Part shown: positions 8,559 through 17,159 of the stretch, in pieces
Position numbering within the stretch: the stretch's first letter is position 1
How the letters are laid out: each line of letters opens with the position of its first letter
Origin: a virus
DNA length: 64,000 nt
Strand: one strand, 5' to 3'
Virus record (IMG/VR): IMGVR_UViG_3300049491_000465
Span: 13,885 to 77,884 of that record
Notes under the pieces: generated by a model
What the model saw: the letters and a program-made list of their open reading frames with translations, nothing else
Told to the model about the DNA's origin: nothing
Databases searched by the model: none
Program-made: the position numbers and the translations under genes

Positions 8559-10684
8559 TGAAACTGAAGACTAAAATAGGGAAATCTGAAATCCATGGTA
8601 AAGGTCTTATGGCTGGAAAGGATTTGAAGCCAGGTGAAAACCTTGGAGTTTCTCATGTTGACAATTGGCCCACAAAAGATATTGGTGAAAACTATAATCA
8701 TTCAGATAATCCAAATGCCATGAGTAAAAATGTAGGTAATAAAAAGATTGTCGTTCCGATAAAGAAGTTAAAGAAAGGCGATGAGATTACTGTTGATTAT
8801 AGAACTAATCCTGAACTGGAACAGCCTGAAGGTTTTAAATCTGGAGGTAGTCTTTATAAGATGATGGATTATCAAAATGGAGGACCCGAAAATTCATCTT
8901 CAACACCAGTCAGACCTGTATCAAACAAACCAAAACCATTAGAGATAGCTGATCCTAAAGAATACAAGTATAGAAAATCTATGTATGATGATAGTTTAAG
9001 TCTTTTTAATGCATATCAATTTCAGAAAAAGAATATTAATCCCACACCAATATTAAGGGAATATGTAGAGGATTACAATACCACTACTAAAAAATATTTT
9101 AATGGAAAAAGACCCACCCTAACAGTAGATCAAATAAAAAAAACACGAGATACTAACTTCAACAAAAACTTACCTAAGTTTAGTCACAATGAATACTTAA
9201 AAACTAAAAAAGATCCATCAGGAGGATTTGATCCAATGGATAAAGCAAGTGGAGATTATAAGATTTATGACCATAATAAAAAGTTAAATTTTAATTATCC
9301 AGTATCGTTAGGAAAACACAGTTCTCCTGATCTTTGGCATTCAAAAATAAACCCATCAGGTTCTTATTTTGATGGTGTTGCTTATTCTCCAAAGTATAAA
9401 AAACCAATTCAACCTGTTCAGTTTGTTGAAAAACAAACGGAAACATCCGAGAACACAATTAAAGAAGGGTTAAATACAGAAGTAAAAACAATATCTCCTG
9501 AAGAACAAGCACCAGTATCAAATACGACACCAGAATCTAAAACAACAACTAAATATCCAATTCAACAAGCTTACAGAGCTCAAACAATAATGGAGCCTGA
9601 TACTGCAATGCCTGGTAAATACAAAGTAAAAGAAATAAGACAAGTGCCTTATCAAGCTACATCAGGAGATAGTGAATCAGACTGGAAAGATGTTCATGCA
9701 CCAATTATGCTGTGGGTTAATGATAAAGGAGAAGAAGTTGAATATGATCCAAGAAAAGGACAAGATTCAGTTAATCATACACAAAACAACGCATCTCAAA
9801 CAGAGGTTCAGAACGAAAAAGCTAAAGCAGAAAGAAGATCTCAATTCTTTGATCCAAGTGATCCCAACAGACCTTCGTTCAATAAGGGCGGAAGTATCTA
9901 TGGTATGATGGAGTATCCCGATGGTGGACCAGGTTCAATGACTCCTCCGGCAATGAGTTTAGGAATGACTGATTCAGCCGCAGGGAAAACCATGTTGAAT
10001 CCATTTTACAGAGAACAGCTTAAAATTTATAACGACTGGCCCACATCGTCAAATTTTGGATCAACCACAGCTAAGGTTTTAGAAGGAAGAGAACTTGATA
10101 ATTGGTATTCAGAAGCGGTAAAAAATCAACCTGATTTAATTAAAGAAGGAGGGTTGTATGCCGGTAATTTTAAGCCATCAAGAGTTTATTTAGATGAAAC
10201 AGGAATTTCAGCTTACCCAATGTTTAATAAACCTTCAAGATATATACCGGCACCAGAACCAACCCCTCCTCCAGCTCCAGTACCAGTTAAAAGACCTGGT
10301 ATGTATTTGAGTGCGAATACCGCACAGCCAATGCCTGATAGAGGATCTCCTGGACAAGTTGATAGACAGTACAGTCAATACTTAGAAGAGTTCGCAAATT
10401 CTCCAGAACAAGTTGCAGCAAGACAATCTACTCAAGCTAACATGAGTAGTAACACAGAGTTGCTTCAAACCATGACTGAAGAACAGAAGGCTGAAGCCAG
10501 AAAAAAGAAAATGACCCCTACTGAATTTCTTTCTACACAAAATAAAAGTGATTCTGTACAGTCGTCAGGATCGATTGCCAATCCAGTTTCAACAGAAAAT
10601 ACATCTCCGTTCTTTGATCCAAACGATCCTAAAAGACCGTCTTTTAATAAGGGTGGTAGTCTGTATAGAATGATGAAATATTAA
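8558..10684 (+). CDS. SET-domain (lysine methyltransferase-like) modular protein, putative virion cargo
   Basis: N-terminal ~85 aa carry SET motifs: SEIHGKGLMAGKDLKPGE, YNHSDNPN, KKGDEITVDY; remainder split by three GGS(L/I)YxMMxY repeats. Confidence 0.75.
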   Translation: MKLKTKIGKSEIHGKGLMAGKDLKPGENLGVSHVDNWPTKDIGENYNHSDNPNAMSKNVGNKKIVVPIKKLKKGDEITVDYRTNPELEQPEGFKSGGSLYKMMDYQNGGPENSSSTPVRPVSNKPKPLEIADPKEYKYRKSMYDDSLSLFNAYQFQKKNINPTPILREYVEDYNTTTKKYFNGKRPTLTVDQIKKTRDTNFNKNLPKFSHNEYLKTKKDPSGGFDPMDKASGDYKIYDHNKKLNFNYPVSLGKHSSPDLWHSKINPSGSYFDGVAYSPKYKKPIQPVQFVEKQTETSENTIKEGLNTEVKTISPEEQAPVSNTTPESKTTTKYPIQQAYRAQTIMEPDTAMPGKYKVKEIRQVPYQATSGDSESDWKDVHAPIMLWVNDKGEEVEYDPRKGQDSVNHTQNNASQTEVQNEKAKAERRSQFFDPSDPNRPSFNKGGSIYGMMEYPDGGPGSMTPPAMSLGMTDSAAGKTMLNPFYREQLKIYNDWPTSSNFGSTTAKVLEGRELDNWYSEAVKNQPDLIKEGGLYAGNFKPSRVYLDETGISAYPMFNKPSRYIPAPEPTPPPAPVPVKRPGMYLSANTAQPMPDRGSPGQVDRQYSQYLEEFANSPEQVAARQSTQANMSSNTELLQTMTEEQKAEARKKKMTPTEFLSTQNKSDSVQSSGSIANPVSTENTSPFFDPNDPKRPSFNKGGSLYRMMKY
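9845..10684 (+). repeat. Internal direct repeat FFDPxDPxRPSFNKGGSxYxMMxY (9845-9916 and 10610-10681; partial copy 8831-8887)
   Basis: Visible in both protein and DNA (ttctttgatcca...gacc.tc.tt.aataaggg.gg.agt). Confidence 0.9.
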
Positions 10685-10696
10685 AATTTACACACG

Positions 10697-13600
10697 ATGC
10701 CAGTACAAAATAATGAATTTTTCAAAGGAGACAACAGGGATCTTGATGTTCTGAGAATGCCGAATGATACAGCTCGGAGACTTCAGAACATGCGTATTAT
10801 TGATGTCGATGGAAAAGGTCTTGTTTGTACTAATATTGGTGGTAATGAATTCAGATTCTCTTTGACTCATGGATTCATTCCAATTGGAAGATGTGAATAC
10901 AATGGTATAGGATATATCGCTTCAGTTAATCCTGATACAGGGGAAGGTGAAATAGGATGTTATCCTGCACCAACAGCATTAGCGGATCAGAATCCTTCTG
11001 CCGTAGGATTTGGTGCAAAGGTATATGCTCCGTTATTCAATTTTACCGGTGGAAATATTTCGAGAGATCCAAATTCAATTGCTCAAGCATTTAGAACTCC
11101 ATTGTTCAATTTTGATTGTCACAATCAGATCGACATGTTTGCCAGAGAAGATTATGATGGATCTGTAAATCTTTATCTTGCGGAAAAAGGAAATCCATTA
11201 AGGGTTATTAACTCTGGATTTGATAAATCAGGTGCTCTTACATCGATCGGAAGAAGATATTGGAATGGATCGTTCCCAAATGCAATCAGCTTGATTAATG
11301 AGTCTGAAAATCATATTGACGTTCAATTCACTGGTCTTGGAAAAGCAGGATCATTAAGAGGTGGTAACTGGATATTCTTTGTTCGTTATGCTACTGAGAA
11401 TTTTGACAAGACATCTTTCTTTACAGAAACGAATGCAATAATGATTACATCCGGTGAATATGCAAACGAAGGCATAAGACATCATGGTGTTAAGGGTGGT
11501 GAAGTAACAGACAAAAGTGTTAATCTTTCGTTTTCCGATATCGATCCAACATACTCTTATCTTGAGATAGGATACATGTATTCATTCAATGAATCACAAG
11601 AGTTTGGAATCATTGATAAATTGTATGCACTCGATCCAAATTCCTCAACAATAAACATTGAGATAACCGGATACGAAGGTAGATTTGAAACAGGATTCGA
11701 AGAGGTTATCAGATCGAAAGTAAGATTTGACGGAGCCACAACTCATACCCAATTAGAGAACAGATACTTTGCTGCTGATCTTTTTGACAATACTGATTTT
11801 GATGATGATGCATCTCAAGATATTCTTGATTTTGCTCAGAAAATAAAACCAAAGTATGATGATTCAAAACTTATAGCACACATTTCTGGATCCGGATCTC
11901 CAATTGGTATCTACAACAATGTTGATAACACATACAATTTCACTGGTCATTTTAGAGGAGAGTCGTATGCTTACGGTATAGTTTGTGTTTTGAACAATGG
12001 AAGAGAAACTCAAGCTTATCCAATAGAAGGTGTTGATGATTACAATGGAGTTGGGGGTACTACAAATCAAAATGGTATTTATAGATTTCCGAATATAAAC
12101 CTATCTCAAACTGTTGCCGGTAACAATATTCGTGTTATGGGTATCAAGTTCGATATATCGTCTGCAATCGCTTCAATCCCTCAATACATCCTTGATAACG
12201 TATCAGGGTTTTACTTTGTGAGATCTAAAAGAAATGAAACATTACTGTACCAAGGACTTACACTTCCTTGTTACAATGCTGCTGAAGGGAAGGACATTAG
12301 AGGATTATGGTTTGCTTTTCCAGATTTCCCACAGATTCTTAAAAGAAACGAGAATCTGGTTCCTATGTTTGAGTTGAATGGAGATGATGAGAATGGTGCT
12401 GAGTTTCCGTACATACACAGATTTGATCCAGACGATCTTCTTGACAGGGAGTTTACCTTTGTGTTCTGGCATAACAATCTGAATAAAAGAATTGCCAATA
12501 AATTTGGATTCTATTCTCCAGATCACTTCTTTAACAAAAGTGTTGGTGTTAATAAAGCTTTTGTTTCAACATTCGCTGATGTTACATTCAATATCTCTCA
12601 AGAAGATAAGTTGAGTAAGCCGGATTATTTTTACGGTGATAATACATACACCTATATTCTTGGACCAAAATCCATGTATGACATTGCTAATATCAAAGAG
12701 TGGGAACCGGCTAATAATAATGGATATGCTTCCTATTTCAATGAAGGTGCAAAAAGTGATTTCAATGGTAACTTCTATTTCTTTGCGAAAAACTTACTTG
12801 GAACAAAGTATATTGAGGTAAGAAATCATGAGATGGCTTGGAATTCATACATTGGAATCAATTCATCTAATGCTTTAAGATATAGATTGTCAAACATTTA
12901 CAGAACAAATGTTGATCCTTCTATTTTTGATATAAATGATCTTTATGACATCAAGGCAACTGAGTATTACAAGATTAGTAAGTTCTACAAAATATCAGAT
13001 GTCGTAGCTGATCCATCGATTGTAAACGGTAACATCTTTTATCGTGGAGATTGTTTCCTTCAGAGAACTTGGTTGAAGCAGTTATTCAATCCTAAGTACG
13101 GTGTAGGTGTGAAAGATGATGGAGGAGGCGTGTTCGGATGGACAGCAGCACTTCCGGGACCAATAAAGGAACGGTTATTCACATTTGGTACATCATTCAG
13201 TATTATCACTGAAAACAAGATTAATACCGAGATGCGTTTGGATAATGCAATTAATAAATATTACCCCGGATCTGTTGCTCTCATATACGATCATGCTGCA
13301 AAAAACATTGAGAAGGAATCTCAGGATTTGAATCGTGGATACAATGAATTGTTGTCTGTAAAATCTTATCGTGGAATTGATAGAGAGATACCGTTTATTC
13401 CAGAAAAGAAACACGCTGCAATCATGGTGAGTAACAAGCATGTTCTCGGATCTTTCCTTGATGGATACCGTGTTATTGATCAGAATGCGATTCGTGATTA
13501 CGATTACAGAATGGGTAAAATTGTTCGTATAGGAGTATTGAATAACATACTTTTGAGCGTTCAAGAATTTGGTGTGAATAGACATTTTGTAAATGAAAAA

Positions 13601-14611
13601 GCTGTACTTAATGGGGGTCAATCCTCTGGTGAATTACTTCTGGGAACTGGTGACGTTCTTGATCCTAAACATTTGAATCTTTCTGATTTTGTCGGATCAC
13701 AACATGCTTGGTCGGTAGTATTTACTGATCGTGCTATGTATGGTGTGGATTACAATAAGAGAAAAGTCTGGAGAGCACTCCAGCAAGAAGGTGGACTTTC
13801 TGTTGAACCAACAAGTGATATATATGGATACCGAACAACTATACATCAGCTTTGTGAGAAGAATACTGGGGACTCTGATATTACTGAACTTCTTGATGAT
13901 AACCCTGTATGTAATGCAGGTATTGTGGCACATTATGACAGAAAACATAATGACATTATCTTCTCTTGGATATATGGAAATCCAACCACTCCAAATGATT
14001 GTGACATTAATAAAAACGGTTCTACAATTGTTTTCAATGAATGGATGAATGCATTCCATGGAGAGAGAACTGTTGCTTCACCAATGTCTCTTTCTGTGAA
14101 TGAGGATTTCTTTTATTTCAATCCAAACATATTCCCAAGTATGAATCCAATTCCTGTTCCAAATGGAGACGCTTGGATTCAGGATATTAAGATTTCAGGT
14201 GGAATTGAAAATGCTACATTGTTCTTTGGGATTGCAGATCCTCATATCTCTTTTGTTGAATTCATTGTTAAAGAACCTGCTGATATTGCAAAAGTGTTTG
14301 ATAATCTTCACATCAACTCTTCTCCGGAAGATTTGTATAAAGCTTTCTATGAAACTCAACATCAAACAGGAGAACATTTTCCATGGATCGTTGGAGATGA
14401 AATAAACTACTGGAGAGATCCTATATACCAAGAAAATCTCTGGAGACTTCCGATTATTAGAACTCAGCAAATACAGGAACCTGAAAACAATATCTATGAT
14501 GTAGATAGCAGATTCAGAGGGCGTTGGTTGAAAATAAGATTGGAATATAAGACAGGAAGCAATATCTTTATAAAATCAGTTTTGACTGCATTTAGAGAGT
14601 CTAAACACTAA
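10697..14611 (+). CDS. Tail stabilisation / muzzle protein (P22 gp10-like)
   Basis: 1304 aa; NEFFKGDNRDLD N-terminus, FRGESYAYGIV, RGDCFL, GSQHAWSV, RFRGRWLKIRL C-terminus as in crAss muzzle proteins. Confidence 0.8.
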   Translation: MPVQNNEFFKGDNRDLDVLRMPNDTARRLQNMRIIDVDGKGLVCTNIGGNEFRFSLTHGFIPIGRCEYNGIGYIASVNPDTGEGEIGCYPAPTALADQNPSAVGFGAKVYAPLFNFTGGNISRDPNSIAQAFRTPLFNFDCHNQIDMFAREDYDGSVNLYLAEKGNPLRVINSGFDKSGALTSIGRRYWNGSFPNAISLINESENHIDVQFTGLGKAGSLRGGNWIFFVRYATENFDKTSFFTETNAIMITSGEYANEGIRHHGVKGGEVTDKSVNLSFSDIDPTYSYLEIGYMYSFNESQEFGIIDKLYALDPNSSTINIEITGYEGRFETGFEEVIRSKVRFDGATTHTQLENRYFAADLFDNTDFDDDASQDILDFAQKIKPKYDDSKLIAHISGSGSPIGIYNNVDNTYNFTGHFRGESYAYGIVCVLNNGRETQAYPIEGVDDYNGVGGTTNQNGIYRFPNINLSQTVAGNNIRVMGIKFDISSAIASIPQYILDNVSGFYFVRSKRNETLLYQGLTLPCYNAAEGKDIRGLWFAFPDFPQILKRNENLVPMFELNGDDENGAEFPYIHRFDPDDLLDREFTFVFWHNNLNKRIANKFGFYSPDHFFNKSVGVNKAFVSTFADVTFNISQEDKLSKPDYFYGDNTYTYILGPKSMYDIANIKEWEPANNNGYASYFNEGAKSDFNGNFYFFAKNLLGTKYIEVRNHEMAWNSYIGINSSNALRYRLSNIYRTNVDPSIFDINDLYDIKATEYYKISKFYKISDVVADPSIVNGNIFYRGDCFLQRTWLKQLFNPKYGVGVKDDGGGVFGWTAALPGPIKERLFTFGTSFSIITENKINTEMRLDNAINKYYPGSVALIYDHAAKNIEKESQDLNRGYNELLSVKSYRGIDREIPFIPEKKHAAIMVSNKHVLGSFLDGYRVIDQNAIRDYDYRMGKIVRIGVLNNILLSVQEFGVNRHFVNEKAVLNGGQSSGELLLGTGDVLDPKHLNLSDFVGSQHAWSVVFTDRAMYGVDYNKRKVWRALQQEGGLSVEPTSDIYGYRTTIHQLCEKNTGDSDITELLDDNPVCNAGIVAHYDRKHNDIIFSWIYGNPTTPNDCDINKNGSTIVFNEWMNAFHGERTVASPMSLSVNEDFFYFNPNIFPSMNPIPVPNGDAWIQDIKISGGIENATLFFGIADPHISFVEFIVKEPADIAKVFDNLHINSSPEDLYKAFYETQHQTGEHFPWIVGDEINYWRDPIYQENLWRLPIIRTQQIQEPENNIYDVDSRFRGRWLKIRLEYKTGSNIFIKSVLTAFRESKH

Positions 14612-14623
14612 AAAACGTAAGTT

Positions 14624-15625
14624 ATGCCATGGCCAGCAATTGCCGCAATAGCGGGTAAAGTATTAGGAGGATTAGCTGCATCTGGAGCAGGTGCAGGAGC
14701 GGCCGGTGCTGCCGGAGCAGGAGGAGCTGGTGCAAGTGGTATTGGTGGAATGCTTGGCGGAGGCGGAGGCGGTATGATGGGCGGAAAAGGTATCATGGGA
14801 ATGATGGGTGGCCAAGGTGGAGGCGGAGGTCAAGCCGGTGGAATGATGCAAAATATAGCTGGTAAAATAGGATCGACTGGTGCTGCTGTACAAGGTGGAC
14901 TTGTTAATATGCTTGAAGCACAAGATGGTTTATTGATTGATCCTAAATTGTTTGATTATTTATCAAAGATGCAAGGAACCGAAGGACAAGCTCCAGCAAT
15001 GGGAAATCCTCCAGTAGCAGACAATACTGCTATGGCATCTGGATTAGAAGCTCAAACACCTCAAGTTCAAGGACAAGATGTTCCTGATGCAGCAGGTTCA
15101 GCACCTCCAGTAAATCCAATGACTCAAGTTCCAGATCCAAATCAACAAGTGGCGGATCCGGCAAGGCAACCTGCTCAACAGCAAACTATCACACCTGGAA
15201 ATCCAAGTGATTTAAAAACTAATTTACCTGGTGCAAATCAGGGCCCTCCAGGAAAAGGAGCAGCCGGACAGATTAGCTCTTTAATGGGAATGATGGGTAA
15301 AGGAAATTATACAACCGATCAAAGAGGTGTTACACAAGTTTCTGAAACAAGTGATGTTTTAGGTAATTCTGTTAAGAAATTCGACCCTAAAAAGCCTGGC
15401 TCAGCCATTACTGCTACTGCTGCTTTTGTTACCGGGATAGCTAAACAGCAATCAGAACAGAGAAGAGCTCGTCGTGAAGAAGCACAATTAGCTTCTGATT
15501 TCTCAAGAGCACAACAAGCCTCAAGTGTTTATGCAGATCCAAACAGTGTTTACTATTCTGCAAAAGATGGTGCACCTGTTAGTTTATCAAAGATGATGGT
15601 TGGAGGTAGAACTAAAAACTGTTAA
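14624..15625 (+). CDS. Putative ejected cargo/pilot protein (Gly/Ala/Met-rich N-terminus)
   Basis: Hydrophobic Gly-rich N-terminus, Pro/Gln-rich middle; first gene after the muzzle. Confidence 0.55.
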   Translation: MPWPAIAAIAGKVLGGLAASGAGAGAAGAAGAGGAGASGIGGMLGGGGGGMMGGKGIMGMMGGQGGGGGQAGGMMQNIAGKIGSTGAAVQGGLVNMLEAQDGLLIDPKLFDYLSKMQGTEGQAPAMGNPPVADNTAMASGLEAQTPQVQGQDVPDAAGSAPPVNPMTQVPDPNQQVADPARQPAQQQTITPGNPSDLKTNLPGANQGPPGKGAAGQISSLMGMMGKGNYTTDQRGVTQVSETSDVLGNSVKKFDPKKPGSAITATAAFVTGIAKQQSEQRRARREEAQLASDFSRAQQASSVYADPNSVYYSAKDGAPVSLSKMMVGGRTKNC

Positions 15626-15628
15626 GAG

Positions 15629-17104
15629 ATGAGTATCTTGAAAATGTCATACGGAACAATACCTGGTAATGGTCATCATAAGTCTGATGATAAGGTTATG
15701 AATGCAGGTCCCGGACATGTTGTTCCAGGGGAAAATCTTCATGTGGCTAAAAGACTTGTTTCTGATATGGGATATGATCCTGATGCAAGTGTTGATCTTA
15801 ATCAAGGTAGAGGGAATGGTCAGAACATAAAGATCAGTTCCGGTGAATTCTTCATGAATGAACAACAAGTTGAGGAGTTGAGAAATAAAGGGGTTAATCC
15901 TGAATCTCTGTCTCCGAACTCAAAGTATAATCAAAGCGGAAACAATATGAACGGTGGTCCAAACGCTTATGCTTCAGGGGGTATGACTCTCTATGAGCTA
16001 ATGATGAATAACAATAATCAGTATCCATCATATCAAGATGCTGGGTCTACCGATCCATTAAAAGATCCTTGGGAACAAAGGCCGGCTAATGAAATTCTAA
16101 TGCCTCCAGGAGCTACTGCTGATCAAGGTTCAGAACTTCCATCTGCACCAAGAGATATGAAAGAAAACTTTCCTATCAGTACAGAGATGCAGGTTCTTGA
16201 TCCTAACTCATGGAGTCCAAACATTCCAGATTATGATCCTTTAAGAGAACCATGGGAACAATTACCTGCTGGAGAAATATTATCACCTGGAAATCCAGAT
16301 CAAGGATCTGATTTACCAATAACTCCAGGTAATTTAAGAGAACCATACAATCTTGGACCAAAACCTTTTGAAGCAGAAAAACCTGCTGGAAAAAGTCCTG
16401 AAGATATTTACTTACAAGATTTGCTTCATAAGAACAAGAAGTCAGCAGACAAGGAGGTTCTTGCAAATATGGCTATGTTTGGCTGGAATGCTTCAAGAGG
16501 TAGAATGCCTGGTGAACAGCCAAAAATGGTTCATATGAGAGAGGCTGTTCGTGATTACCAAGGTATGAAGAATCTTGCTGCTGGAGATCTTGAGAGAGCT
16601 GAAAGACGAAACGCTTACACATTGAAACAACTTGGTGCTCCAGAAAAGATTGTTGGTCTTCATGCGAATACCATCCAAGGTGCAAACAAGATCAATGAGT
16701 CTATCTGGGATATGCAAGGACAGGATTCTATGCAGAATGCCGGTGTAGCAAATCAGGTTCGTATGGATTACGAGAATGCTATGCGTCAATACCGAGCTAA
16801 TGAATCTGCTGCAACACAGAATTTCAGAGATATGAAAGGTAAAAACATGGCTGAAAATGTTGCTCAAACATTCGATGTTCGTGATAATGAACTCTCAAAT
16901 GAAACTACTCTTCGTGGATACAAGAAGAATCAAGAGATGGATGAGCTGGATCGTCAGTACAACACATTGAGCAAAAATGCATTTCAAGGTAAATATTTTA
17001 GTAGACAAGATTGGTACAAAATGACTCCTGATCAGAGATCTAAATATATAAAGACATCTGATGAGCATACAGCAAAAATGAAAGGCTCAACTAATCAGGG
17101 CTAA
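15629..17104 (+). CDS. Putative ejected cargo protein
   Basis: N-terminal PGNGxxKSDD...ISSGEFFM domain, internal ~40-aa duplication, helical C-terminal half; between muzzle and RNAP. Confidence 0.55.
   Translation: MSILKMSYGTIPGNGHHKSDDKVMNAGPGHVVPGENLHVAKRLVSDMGYDPDASVDLNQGRGNGQNIKISSGEFFMNEQQVEELRNKGVNPESLSPNSKYNQSGNNMNGGPNAYASGGMTLYELMMNNNNQYPSYQDAGSTDPLKDPWEQRPANEILMPPGATADQGSELPSAPRDMKENFPISTEMQVLDPNSWSPNIPDYDPLREPWEQLPAGEILSPGNPDQGSDLPITPGNLREPYNLGPKPFEAEKPAGKSPEDIYLQDLLHKNKKSADKEVLANMAMFGWNASRGRMPGEQPKMVHMREAVRDYQGMKNLAAGDLERAERRNAYTLKQLGAPEKIVGLHANTIQGANKINESIWDMQGQDSMQNAGVANQVRMDYENAMRQYRANESAATQNFRDMKGKNMAENVAQTFDVRDNELSNETTLRGYKKNQEMDELDRQYNTLSKNAFQGKYFSRQDWYKMTPDQRSKYIKTSDEHTAKMKGSTNQG
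16052..16348 (+). repeat. Internal duplication DPL(K/R)(D/E)PWEQxPAxEIL...DQGS(E/D)LP
   Basis: Copies begin at 16052 and 16235. Confidence 0.85.
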
Positions 17105-17111
17105 AATAATG

Positions 17112-17142
17112 TTGCTAAATAATTCGTTTTTAAGTAGATTTG
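17112..17142 (+). promoter_or_regulatory. Putative Bacteroidota primary-sigma promoter
   Basis: TTG at 17112-17114 and TAGATTTG at 17135-17142, intergenic, upstream of the 17160 and RNAP genes. Confidence 0.5.
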
Positions 17143-17159
17143 ACAAAAAGAAATAGGTT

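Noticed and set aside
9845-10684. Direct repeats as a diversity-generating retroelement TR/VR pair
   Set aside because: Both copies are in-frame coding, differences are mostly synonymous and not adenine-specific, and no reverse transcriptase is present
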